Source: Octopus vulgaris (Eukaryota). From it: a stretch of DNA of 64,000 bases. The first letter of the stretch is position 1. Each line of letters opens with the position of its first letter. The stretch covers positions 61,318,001 through 61,382,000 of the forward strand of contig OX597825.1 of assembly GCA_951406725.2 (NCBI GenBank). Direction: 5' to 3'. Positions 29,983-42,425 of this stretch are shown here, in pieces. The notes beneath the pieces were generated by a model. It was not told the DNA's origin and ran no database searches. It was given only the letters and a program-made list of their open reading frames with translations. A program made the translations under genes and the position numbers.

Positions 29983-30385
29983 AGGCGGCGAGCTGGCAGA
30001 AACGTTAGCACACCGGGCGAAATGCTAAGCAGTATTTCATCTGTCTTTATGTTCTGAATTCAAATCCTGCCGAGGTCCACTCTGCCTTTCATCCTTTTGG
30101 GGTTGATTAAATAAGTACCATTTACGGACTGGTGTCAATGTAATTGACTTAATCCGTTTGTCTGCCCTTGTTTGTCCCCTCTATATTTAGCCCCTTGTGG
30201 GTAGTAAAGAATTAGGTATTTCGTCTGCCGCTACATTCTGAGTTCAAATTGCGCCGAGGTCAACTTTGCCTTTCATCCTTTAGGGGTTGATAAAAAAGTA
30301 CTAGTGTAACATTGAAGTTGATGTAATCGACATGACCTCACCCTGAAAATTTCAGGCCTTGTGCCTGTAGTAGAAAGGATTATTA
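29983..30385 (+). mobile_element. SINE family B dimer (full unit plus headless second unit)
   Basis: After the tail gtagtaaagaatta the sequence restarts at ggtatttcgtctgcc (about 30215). Confidence 0.85.
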
Positions 30386-31299
30386 TTATTTTTTTTTATT
30401 TTAGACCTTTAAACTATTCCATTAGATTCCTGCCGCAAATGAAATAAAAATTCTTGCTGCTGTCATTTCAAAAATAAATGTTATGCCCTATGTGCACACT
30501 ACTGTTTTTGATGTGGCTTCCCTTTAGTTTTTCTTTATAAATACTAGACAATGTAGCTTTCTTCACTTGTTGAAGAAGCTACTAAGTAAAATTTGAAGAC
30601 CCAACCAATTTAAACTTTACAAAACAACTTGAGTTTACTCTCAGTATTGAGTGATCCTGCCAATAAATGTCCACTTATTTTTCTTAATTGAGCTTTAATA
30701 TAAAGACCTTAATTTATTGTTATATTTGGTGATAGTCTTTTTTTTTCCCAATTAACCTTAATTTAACCTTTTAATTTATAATCATACAAATACACATCAT
30801 TGCTTTTATCACTTGGCCAGAAGAAGAAGTAGGATTATGCCTGCTTTCTAAAAGTTCTCCAAGACTGAGGAAAGAATAAATTACAATTTGGGGTTTGTCT
30901 TCTAAAACAGAACTGGATCAAATGATCAGTCTATGCTTAAGGCAGCCAAGGACCAGCTGGTTGTGTTAAAATGGGTGTTGGATTAAGCATTTTTGTTATT
31001 GTTATTACTTATTCAAAATGGATAAGCTTCTAAGACAGGTAAGAGGGAATGGATTAGGATGGAAGTTATCCTTCAACTGGAGAGTTGGTCTGAATTGTAA
31101 AAACAGAGTGGACTTTAGTAAAGATTTCATTGGACCAGACAACAGCGTTAAGCTGGGTGACAAATTAAGTCTACAGACCAAATAGGCCTCACCAGGAATT
31201 GAACTTAAAAAGCAAAGAGCTAGAACAAATACTCCAAGACACCTCATCCAATGCTTTCATGATTCATCCCATTCACCACCCTTAGGTGGTATTTTATTT

Positions 31300-31747
31300 C
31301 AAGACTCATGGAACACATGGAAGTGAGAGACCCAGGAAGACATGGAACGAAGTACTGAAGGATGACTTCTGGATGCTGAACTTTTCAGATAAGATAACAA
31401 AGAACCAAGCTCCTTGGTACTTTGCTGTACTCAAGAAGGCCCGTGCTCCCCAACAGAAGTGTTACAGATGCTCCCGTTGATGAAGAGGATCGGCATGCAA
31501 GAGTTCAGTGTTGTTGCCATGTAAAAAAGCAGTTGTACTAATGCTATGTAAAAGCACTCTTGCAGTGCCTTATAAACGTATTGAGCACACTCTGTAAAGT
31601 GGTTGGCATTAGGAAGAGCATCATGTCATAGAAACCCAAACCAAATCAGACTGGAGCCTGGTTCAGCTCTCCAGCTTGCCAGCTCTGGTCCAACTGTCCG
31701 ACCCATGCCAGCATGGAAAATGGATATTAAATGATGATGATGATGAA
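31300..31747 (+). mobile_element. RTE LINE ORF end plus 3' UTR, diverged
   Basis: GTHGSERPRKTWNEVLKDD matches GTCGKGRPRKTWDEVVKHD at about 34470; (GAT)n tail. Confidence 0.8.
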
Positions 31748-33221
31748 GCATGAAAGAGAAAGTTGCTCACAGTGGAATTGAACTCGGAATGCAAGACACA
31801 GGACACTTTAACAACTCTACCAATATACCACTTCCTTAGCCAACCATACAAGCTGACATTGTACCATTCTGCTTACTTTATACCAAAAATGTAGAAGTAC
31901 AGATATTTTCGACATAGTTTTAAAGTAATGAAAACAACAGAATAAGCCAATTAAATTCCCTTAATTAAATATACTTTAGCTAACATGATAAAAGAAACCC
32001 TACTTAACCCTTGTAATCCTTCTTACATATACATGTTCCAACCTTGAAATTTATTTCTCCTTAACTGATACAGATAGTGCTTAAATATGTGAGTACACCA
32101 TGATATGACCTTGCAATTAAGTTTGGTGTAAATTAAATTATCAGAGATAAATCAATGTAAATTGTCTTTCACTTCCAACTTGTTCTGGAAATAATCTATT
32201 AATCTTTTTGGCGTAGGTTTTAATTTAAAAATGTAATCTATTTTAAATGTTCATGAACTTCTGTGTGGAATCTCCCCAATGACAAATTTTAAAACAATTC
32301 AAGAAAGAAGAACTCTATAAATCTAACATTGATATATTAGTTGCAACGAAGGCCATATATTACTTTTATCTCTAAATGTTTACACACAGACACACACACA
32401 CACACAACACACACAATCATGTATACAAGTATGTATATATGTATGTACGTGATACGTATATATATATATATATATGTATATATATGTATATATATGCATA
32501 TATATATATACATATACATGTAAATTATATGTAATATAATTTTTAATCTTTGGATTTTTTGAATATGCTAAGCCACTGGTTTTTATTGATTAACATCAAT
32601 TTCTACACTCGTTATATAATTTTATATATATGTATGTATGTATCATCATCATCATCATCATCATCATCATCGTTTAACGTCTGCTTTCCATGCTAGCATG
32701 GGTTGGATGATTTGACTGAGGTCTGGCGAACCAGATGGCTGTACCAAACTCCAATCTGATATATATATATCTGTAAATATAATATGTGACAATTATTCGG
32801 TAGCCATGATAAAACTCTGAGTTTCGGATGTCGGGGGGAAAACCCACGCTGGCCTCTCTACTGTTATCAAGCCATTGAAAAAAATGCTATGAAAATGACC
32901 GTTAAACAAAGGGAAATTACTGTGTGATTGACCGTTATTAAGACAAAATAGCTATTAGAATGACTGCTAAGTAAGGAGAGGGAGTAAAGGTAAGGGAGTA
33001 AAAATGTTCATAGTAATCGCGTAAGCATGCATATCCATACATATACATGCATGCCCGCACCCCCACGTGCATGTGCCTATACTCATCCACCCTCACTTGA
33101 AACAAACACATGCTCACCAACGCATTCACCAAAAAATATATATATTACTTGCATACAAGCTTGCACACATGAATGTCTCATTCATTCTTTTGTTGTTTTA
33201 CCATTAGTATTTATATATGTA

Positions 33222-34187
33222 CTAGCAGTATAACCCGGCCTTGCCCAGGATTAAGTTACGATTATTAAGCTAATCAAGTTCTTTGTTTCAAACCAAACTA
33301 AACCCTTTTTGTGATCCGTGAAATGGAGTGTGGTGGAAGCCTTGCAAATTGTACCCTTTTATATTGTGTACTTCACTGACAAATTGTTAGCTACCTCTTT
33401 GTTTCTTTGTTGTTAAATAAATGGATTGTCAACAAAACACTTTTTTACTCGGCGTAAAATAAAAACAAAACCCTTTCACAACCAAAGTAATGTGTGTGAG
33501 AGAGAGAGGGGGGACAAAACGATGAACGATTTAAAATAAATAAATGATTTAAAATAAATATATTGTAATTGTTGTGTGAGAAAGTATATATACTCTGATT
33601 ATAAAATATAGTGTCTTTCAAAAACATCCTGAATTTGAACACTATATCTCGTGTTTAAGAAAAATCAAAACATTTTAGATTTTATTTTTTATGAACGTCA
33701 TCACTTTCTCTCTCTCTCACTTTGTCTTTCTCTTTTTTTTTGTTTAGACGCTGTGAAACTGCTTCTCTTCCACTTTTATTTATCTTATTTTTTGTTAGAC
33801 GCTGTCAAAAAGCTATGGCTGATATTTTTTATGAATGTCGTCACTTACTCTCTGTCTCCTTCTCACTCTCACTCACTTTGTCTTTCCCTTTTTTTGTTTA
33901 GACGCTGTGAAACTGCTTCTCTTCCACTTTTCTTTATCTTATTTTTTTTGTTAGACACCGTCAAAAAGCTATGGCTGATATTTTTATGGCTAAAAGCTAT
34001 GACTGAGAATAGATTTTTACCTGTATCCGCAGGTGCCTCGGGAAAAAAATAAGTTAACAAAACCCAGGTAGGATGTTGACGAATGTCTTCCTAAAATTGG
34101 AGCGACATGCATGCTAATTTGTGGACGTGCATAAATTACAATCATGTACACACACACGCACACACATCGTGCCTTTTATAGATATGA
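33222..34187 (-). mobile_element. Non-autonomous Helitron with an internal tandem duplication of about 150-160 bp
   Basis: Minus strand TCatatctataaaagg start; cctgggcaaggccgggttatactgCTAG|t end; duplicated block at about 33686-33990. Confidence 0.8.
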
Positions 34188-34202
34188 TATATATATATAT
34201 AT

Positions 34203-35133
34203 GTGTACGAGCAGCCATGCTACATGGCAGTGAAACATGAGCTGTGACTGCTGAGGATATGCGTAAGCTTGCAAGAAATGAAGCCAGTATGCTCTGATGG
34301 ATGTGTAATGTCAGTGTTCATACTCGACAGAGTGTAAGTACCTTGAGAGAAAAGTTGGACCTAACAAGCATCAGTTGTGGTGTGCAAGAGAGACGTTTGC
34401 ACTGATATGGTCATGTGACGAGAATGGATGAAGATAATTGTGTGAAAAAGTGCCACACCCTACCAGTTGAGGGAACCTGTGGAAAAGGTAGACCCAGGAA
34501 AACCTGGGACGAGGTGGTGAAGCACGACCTTCAAACTTTAGGTCTCACCAAGGAAATTACTAGAGACTGAGACCTCTGGAATATGCTGTGCGTGAGAAGA
34601 CCCAGCAGGACAAGTGAGACCATAACCCGTGGCCTCTATCTGGGATGTAGCCAGTCCACTTATGCATACCTTTCCTTCTTGGGACACAAAACTCTACTTG
34701 TGAAGATCTGTTGAGGCAAGTGAAAATCGAAATCGATCAACATCAATGGAAATTGCAGCTGTGATACCAGTGCTGGTGGTATGTAAGAAAACCATCCGAA
34801 CGTGGCCGTTGCCAGCGCCGCCCCAAATGGCCTCGTGCTGGTGGCACGTAAAAAGTACCATCTGATCGTGGCCGTTGCCAGCCTCGCCTGGCATGAAAAA
34901 AAACACCATCCGATTGTGGCCATTCACCAGCCTCGTCCAGCACCTGTGCCGGTGGCACGTAAAAGCACCCACTACACTCACAGAGTGGTTGGCGTTAGGA
35001 AGGGCATCCAGCCGTAGAAACATTGCCAGATCAGACTGGGCCTGGTGTAGCCTTCTGGCTTCCCAGACCCCAGTTGAACGGTCCAATCCATGCTAGCATG
35101 GAAAGCGGATGCTAAACAATGATGATGATGATG
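34203..35133 (+). mobile_element. 5'-truncated RTE LINE: C-terminal ORF relic plus long 3' UTR and (GAT)n tail
   Basis: Translates CVRAAMLHGSET*AVTAEDMRKLARNEASML*WMCNV...RRLH*YGHVTRM...GKGRPRKTW; links the many 3' UTR fragments to an RTE ORF. Confidence 0.9.
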
Positions 35134-35188
35134 GTATATACATATATATACATATATATGCATATAAATATATATATATTTATATATA

Positions 35189-36446
35189 CAAGATGCATAA
35201 GGTATTTGAGGGCATACCTTTTGGGGCTCATTGCTGTATTTTTGCTAACTCTGTATAATCTTTGTTTCAGAAAATAATAATGGCAGACACTCGGCTTACT
35301 CAAGGAATGAAGAGGCATGCTGTAATTGTAGTTGTAAAGGCTGAGTATAGTGATTTAGAAATATCTCAATTTTTAAAAGTTTCCAGATCTTTTGTCTACA
35401 AAGTTTGTAAGGACATAGAGATTGAAGATGGAAATGCATCACCAGTATAAAAAGGATAAAAAGCAATTTAAACACTCCAAAATCATCAGAACACTTTAAT
35501 TTATCCAGCAAGTTCAACAGATCATTAATTACAATCCTAGAAAGTCCATGAGGTTAATTGCAAAATATGCCCATGTGTCAGAAGGAAGAGTCAGAAATGT
35601 TGTCCACAAAGACATCAGATATAAGTCTTATATACAATGAGGAAAGGTTAATTTGTCAGAAAAGCAAAAGAAAATCACTACATCAGATCTAAAAGGCTCT
35701 TAAACAAAAATGAGAAATCCAGAAGAATAAGATTTGATTTGGTTTTTCTCAAACGAGAAAAACTTCAACCAAGGTCAAAAAGTTAACAGAAGAAATGGAA
35801 GATGTGCAGACCCCTCTGAAGTTCCAAGTAAGTTCCATGCTTACAAAATTCCCTGCAACTATCATGGTTTTAGGGGTTGTCAGGAATGAAGGACATGTGA
35901 CGCCTCCTTACTTCTTTCCAAAAGGCCTTAGGGTTAACTCTGCTGCCTACATTGAGGTCCTGGAGATAATTTTTAAACCCTGGATAGACAGTGTATGCAA
36001 TGGAAGGCTGTATATGTATCAGTAAGACTTTGCACTATCACGCATGGCTCTAGTAACACAGGAATGGATGGTTGAAAATTTTGATGATCGTATAAACCCT
36101 AACATTTGGCTTCCTCATTCCCTTGATCTCAATCCATTGGACTATTACAGGTGGAGTGCTGTTGAGAGAGAGAGAGATCAATGAACACACCCATAACACC
36201 AAAGATTCATTGAAAGCTGCCACAGTCAGAGTAATGTCTAAAATGAACCAAGACCACTTGATTAAAGCATGTAGATGATTTAGATCTCATATAGAAGCAA
36301 TTGTTGAAGATGGCTTTATTGAATTACATTATAGAAAAGGTTTATTTTTATCCTCATATTTTTAATAAATGAAGTTCTTATCTATTATTATATATCTGTT
36401 TTCTTTCATAAACAGAAACCTGTCCTCAAATATCTTACACACCTTG
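35189..36446 (+). mobile_element. Tc1/mariner DD37D (maT) transposon, full length, decayed
   Basis: TA flanks; imperfect TIRs caagatgcataaggtatttgaggg / cctcaaatatcttacacaccttg; motifs WFFSNEK, Q*DFAL, WLPHSLDLNPLDY with 37 residues between the 2nd and 3rd D. Confidence 0.92.
35280..36330 (+). pseudogene. DD37D transposase pseudogene
   Basis: MADTRLTQGMKRHAVIV...EISQFLKVSRSFVYKV HTH; TKFPATIMVLGVV..EGHV.PPYFF; several stops and frameshifts. Confidence 0.9.
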
Positions 36447-36736
36447 TATATAATCAGTAGTTCATATATTCAAAAAGAATCATACTTTAAAACATTAGAG
36501 CAGTAACACTTAGAAGTCTGTTTGTTGTGGCTGGCCAGATTTATTGGCCTGACAAATCTCATGAGTCACCTATACAGCAAAGTGTTTTATAGGTGCAAAA
36601 CTAATGATCCCTCTCTGACCAGCCATAAAAAATCCGATAAGGGTCGGAAACAGAAAAGGCACCTGGCCAGAGAAAATTTGCTTCAACAAATCACATCTCG
36701 CCGGCACTAGCATGGAAAAGTGTATGTTGAACCAAT

Positions 36737-37026
36737 AACGATGATAATGATGATGCTGATGATGATGATGCTGATGATGTTGATGATAATGATGATGTTG
36801 ATGCTGATGATGTTGATGATGATGTTGATGCTGATGATGTTGATGATAATGATGATGATGATGATGATATTGATGATGATGATGTTGATGATGATGATGT
36901 TGATGATATTGATGATGATGATATTGATGATGATGATGTTGATGATGTTGATGTTGATGATGATGATGATGATGATGATGTTGATGATGATAATGATGAT
37001 GATGATATTGATGATGATGTTGATGT

Positions 37027-37057
<31 letters not shown>

Positions 37058-37059
37058 AT

Positions 37060-37095
<36 letters not shown>

Positions 37096-37160
37096 GGAGG
37101 ATGATGGTGATGATGATGTTGATGGTGGTGGTGGTGGTGGTGGTGATGATGTTGTTGTTG
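36737..37160. repeat. Long imperfect (GAT)n array following an RTE-like 3' end
   Basis: ctagcatggaaaagtg immediately precedes the array. Confidence 0.9.
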
Positions 37161-37836
37161 AGCATGATATATATAAAAGGAAATTAACATTTTCTTGTTG
37201 CAAGAAAATAATTGAATTTCAAAAACAAATGACACAAATAGATTATGTATATATATATACATATGTTTGCCATTTTATCAGACGAACATTCTATTCTCAT
37301 ACACATTATGATATGATATAAACATGGCATAATATAAACAAGTCAATATCATATAAATTTTAGGCATGAAAATATTTCTGCTGTTATTGTTTAGCCCAAG
37401 AACAACCATTGATAAAGCAGACCTATATTGTGATACATTCTTGCCATGATCAACCTCTCTTCATTTTCTGATATGCCCTTTCTTTATTTAAGTCTGTAGG
37501 GTGTAATTTGAAAGAGATTTTGCTGCTACTTTTAGCATGCCAACTAACCACCTTTCTGATGCCAGTATGTATTGTTTCTCAAGAGTTAAAGATTCTATCT
37601 TGAAATAAAATGTAAATTTCTTCCTGAGATCCATTTCCAGAAAAGCCTTTTAGAAGGAATGAGGTGACATGGAGTCTACTATAATTATGGTGGGGTATGC
37701 ATCATTGGTGCATATTCTGACTGCATGCATGTCATTCTTTGCAGAAAATAAACTCGTAATAGTATCAGCATCTTCAGAATGCAACAAACTGCAATGCAAT
37801 CTAGTCAATGAAAACAGAATTGACGTATTGTACTCT

Positions 37837-38140
37837 GGCACATGGCCTAGTGGTTAGAGCAGTGGACACTTGCAGCAAAGGGATTGTGGGTTTGAATCTC
37901 AGATGGGTGATGTGTGTGTTTATGAGTGAAACACCTAAATTCCATAGGCTCCGGCAGAAGGTGATGGCAAACATCTGCTGACTCTTTCGCCATAACTTTC
38001 TCTTACTCTTTCCTCCTGCATCTAGAAGCTGACCTATGATGGACAGGCATCCCATCCAGGTGGGGAACCCATGTGCCAATGAAACCGGGAAACCAGCCCT
38101 TATGAGCCAGGTATGGCCCAAGAAGGAACAAACAAACAAA
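37837..38140 (+). mobile_element. tRNA-derived SINE family C variant with (AAAC)n tail and short TSD
   Basis: tggcctagtggttagagc box A, ggtttgaatctc box B; actctg at 37832-37837 and 38141-38146. Confidence 0.8.
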
Positions 38141-39169
38141 ACTCTGTTGTTTACTCACTGAAGGTGTCAAAAGCTCAGGTAAGAACAAGTCACAGAAAAC
38201 CAATATTAATACATCAATGGTGTAAGTGAAAGGTCTTTGTGATATCTTAACAAACGTGCTTATATTCTACAATGTAATAATGGAACAATGTCTGAGAGTA
38301 AAATCTTGGAGCAGGTTTCACTTTGACAAGAGGAAAACACTCCTGTACTAGATGAAGGTAACCTATGTAGAATCATGAAAGAAAGTATCTTCTTTAAAAA
38401 GAATTTGAGGAAACAAGTGAAGAATAAATCTAGCATATAACAAACAAGCTGCAAAAATAGAAGGCCATCCATTTGTGGCTAGATCTGTAATATCATGTCT
38501 GGCTGACACTGGAATTAACAACAACAAGACTGTGGTAGGGGAACTTCTGATAGAAGCTGAAAATGCTTTATAGAACAGAAGAATGTGAATAAAAATTACC
38601 TTAACTAAGAGGAAAGAGCAAATGATTTTCAGCCAGTGATAAAATAAAATCAATGTAACATGGTTTGGAATGGTGACTTCATTGATGACATAAAAGATAT
38701 AAAACAAAACAGAATGCTTTGATGTGGGCTAAATATACTTTGATATGCTTGGCAGCAATGGAGGTGATCTATATATGTGCACCATTGTCGTTACCTTTGT
38801 TCAACAGTATAAAGATACATACTCAGACACACACACACATATGCTCATGTACATACACACACATACACACACTCACACACACTCATACACGTCTTAGTCT
38901 CTTAACAAAAGCATTCAATAAACATGAAGTGAATTCATGTTTAAAACTATAATATAATGATGGTTAAAATAAAAAGGTACTAAGTAACTTAAGGCCCACC
39001 ATTACTCGATGTTGACTCTCTATCTGAATATGTATGTGTAGGCTCATATGTTTCCTAATGATGTACAGTATATCTGGAAGAGATTATAGGCAATAAACAC
39101 AAAACTATTTCATTGATCTTGAAAGAAGAAATGTCACCTTTGACCTTGGCAAGATTTTTTTATATGGCA

Positions 39170-40372
39170 TATTGTCTCAAATTTTGGCACAAGTCCAGCA
39201 AGTTGATGGGTGGGGGGGGATTGGTCAATTACATTGATGCAATTTTACGACAAGTACTTTATTTTAAAGGAAGGGTAATATTGGTTTCAAATTTTAGCAC
39301 AAAGCCAGCAATTTTGAGGAAGAGGCAAGTTCATTACATTGACCCCCAGTGTTCAACTGGTACTTATTTTATCAACCATGAAAGGATAAAAGACACAATC
39401 GACCTCAGCAGAATTTGAACTCAGAACTTATAGATACATGAAATGCTGCTAAGCATTTCACCCAGCATGCTAACGATTCCGCCAGCTTGCTGCCTTAACA
39501 CAGTAATAATAACAACTCTCTCTAATTTTGGCAAAAGATCAGCAATTTTGATAGGGTTGTTTACTCAATACCATTAATCCAAATACTTGGCAGGTACTTT
39601 ATTTTATTAAACAGGAAGGCTGAAAGAGGAAGCTGACTGTGGTGGGGTTTGAACTCAGACTGTAAGGAGTCATAAAAAATACCACAAAACATCTTTTCTG
39701 ACACCCTAACAGTTCTACTAGCTCATCACATTAATATTCCCTTCTACTGAAGGCAAAAGGCCTGAAATTTCGGGGGAAGGGACTAGTCGATTACATTGAC
39801 CTTAGTGCTCAACAGGTACTTAATTTATTGACCCTGAAAAGATGAAAGGCAAAGTCGACCCCAGTGGAATGCTCACCACATTAACAATCCTTTATACTGG
39901 AGGCACAAGACCTCAAAATTTGTGGGGAGGGGACAAGTCGATTACATCAACGCCAGTGTTTCACTGGTACTTAATTTATCGACCCAGAAAGGATGAAAGG
40001 CAAAGTCGACCTTGGTGGAATTTAAACTCAGAACGTAACGACAGATGAAATACCGCTCAGTAATTCCTCCAGCACACTAACAATTCTGCCAGCTCGCCAC
40101 CTCTTGCCACATTAATAATAACAAACATTTTACCACCCTACCACATTAATAAAAATTGTCTCAAATTTTGACACGAGACCAGCAATTTCAGTAGAGAGGG
40201 TAAGTCAATTACATCGATCTCAGTGCTGAACTGGTACTTATTTTATTGACCCCCATGAGGATGAAAAGCAAATTCAATCTTGGTAGAATTTGAACTTGGA
40301 ATGTGCTGACAGATGAAATGCCACTGAGCATTTTGCCCAGCATGCTAATGATTTTGCCAGATCACTGCCTTC
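39170..40372 (-). mobile_element. Cluster of about six co-oriented family B-type SINE copies
   Basis: Repeated ttacattgacccc...ggtacttattttatc...gaaaggcaaagtcgacc...tttgaactcaga blocks. Confidence 0.85.
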
Positions 40373-40384
40373 ATAACAACAACA

Positions 40385-40858
40385 ATAATAAAAAAGATGG
40401 GCTACAGCAAATATTCTGCTCAATACCACAGATTTGCTTGTCAGTTGTTTGACCATAACCAGTTGAGCATGTCCCTTAGTGGCTGACGATATGTGCATCT
40501 CTGATAATGAGCAGAAGTAGTGTGGGAGCATCATAGCCATGTGTTGAAAGAAATTCTTGGAGGTTTGGATAATTCACCTTTGGAAACATGGGTGGTTCGT
40601 TCAACATCCTTAAACAGTCCTTATTCAGGGACCTTTTGAGTGGGATGGGCTACTCAACCAAGAAGGAAAATTCTAACTGGGCCCCACCTGCAGGTTCATG
40701 CACTGTTTATCTTGATATGAGATCACCATGTCGCGCACATATGGTTGTGATGCATGTGCCTGGTGTACCCTTATCAGATGGGTAGTCATGATGGGTATAC
40801 TGGGCTTCATATATTTTACCCCAGTGTCACTTTGATGGCATGCACTGCTCTCTCACTC

Positions 40859-40914
<56 letters not shown>

Positions 40915-40915
40915 T
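40385..40915 (+). mobile_element. Interspersed repeat ending in (AAT)n
   Basis: Its 5' part recurs inverted at about 42560-42730; (AAT)n tail; class unassigned (an R4/Dong-type 3' end is possible). Confidence 0.55.
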
Positions 40916-40934
40916 AATCCTTTCTAATAATTTC

Positions 40935-41535
40935 AAGTAATATATTTTGTGACTTTTAATTATAAGTCTATTGTTTATATTTTCCTTTCCTAGATGACAA
41001 AGTTGTTTAGACAATATTTGATTAATCATTTATAAATATATATAAATTATTAGGGCTTGAAATTTGGGCAAGCATTTTGTTAGGCGTGCTAACAATTGTG
41101 CCAGTTCACCATCTTAATAATAGTAATAATGATAATATTAATAATAATAATAGCATAATGACAATCATTTTTGTAATAGTAGTATTGCTTGTAAGATGTA
41201 TTTGGTCTTCACTGTATATTCTGATGTAATTTTATCAACTGAAATGTTAGTTATAATGTTTATTGAAGAGGTTTTAATCAGAAAAGAAGCCTGACAATAT
41301 GACAGATAAGTATAAGGAGACTGCTGTTTTCTTGATGTTTGTTCAGTAAGTTGTAATTTCATTTTGTACAAAGTAACTGTTTGAAATGACTTAGTTAATA
41401 CGACTAATGTGTTTAATAAGTTTTATATATATATTTATAAATGATTAAATAAATATTGTCTAAACAACTTTGTCATCAAGGAAAGGAAAATATAAACAAC
41501 AGACTTATAATTAAAAGTCACAAAATATATTACTT
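40935..41535. repeat. Inverted repeat with arms of about 115 bp (40935-41050 and 41415-41535)
   Basis: aagtaatatattttgtgacttttaattataagtc...gatgacaaagttgtttagacaatattt is the reverse complement of the right arm with few mismatches. Confidence 0.92.
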
Positions 41536-41764
41536 TGGCCATCTTTTTATGTTCAAATTTATCTTATTAGTGATTCGTAAGAATTTAGACAATAATGAAT
41601 TTAGACAATTATTCAGATTGTGGAATTTTATCTGAGTTAGTATAAAGCAGAGATCCCCAACTACCAGACTGCAGACCAGTACTAGGTTATGGATTATTTT
41701 GTACCAAGCCACATAGAAAGAATAAATGTTTAAATTTTATTTCTATATTATTTACTATTTTCTT

Positions 41765-42025
41765 GGAGGCACATGGCTTAGTGGTTAGGGTGTCAACATC
41801 ATGATTGTAAGATTGTGGTTTCATTTCCTGGACTGGGTGACAACGTTGTATTCTTGAGCAAAACACTTCATTTCATGTTGCTCCAGTCCACTCAGCTGGC
41901 AAAAATGATTAACGCTGCAATGGACTGGCACCCCATCCAGTTGGGGAACACATACGCCATAGAAACTGGGAAACCGGGCCCATGAGCCTGGCTAGGCTTT
42001 AAAAGGGCGCATTTATTTATTATTT
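41765..42025 (+). mobile_element. SINE family C
   Basis: ggaggcacatggcttagtggttagggtgt...cttgagcaaaacacttcatttc...ccactcagctggcaaaaatga. Confidence 0.85.
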
Positions 42026-42099
42026 TATTTACTAACACAGTCTACCAGATATTTTTGCATTATATATGTTTTATATATACTATTGTAATATCTACCTAT

Positions 42100-42425
42100 T
42101 AGCTGGCACTCTGTTGGCTATGGTGATGAGGGTTCAAGTTGATTCAATCAACAGGACAGCCTGCTCATGAAATGATTGTGCAAGTGGTTGAGCCCTCCAC
42201 AGATATGTGTACTCTTAACATAGCTCTCATGGAGATTTAGCATGACACAGAATATGACAAGGTTAGCCCTTTGAAACACAGATACTACTCATTTTTGCTA
42301 GCTGAGTGGACTGGAGCAATACAAAATAAAGTGTCTTGCTCAAGAACACAGTGAGTTGCCAGGAATTGAACTCATGACCTTATGATCACGAGCTGAATAC
42401 CTTGACCACGAAGCTATGTGCCATC
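42100..42425 (-). mobile_element. SINE family C, long variant, uninterrupted
   Basis: Reverse complement colinear with 47543-47702 joined to 48120-48283. Confidence 0.8.

Noticed and set aside
31018-31044. Possible first coding exon MDKLLRQ with CAG|GTAAGA donor
   Set aside because: Expected by chance in 64 kb; no linked downstream exon identified
37620-38590. Purine-rich coding-like block (similar blocks at 1040-1400, 8930-9290, 21640-22700)
   Set aside because: Frequent stops in every frame and no motif I can name; probably ancient transposon debris
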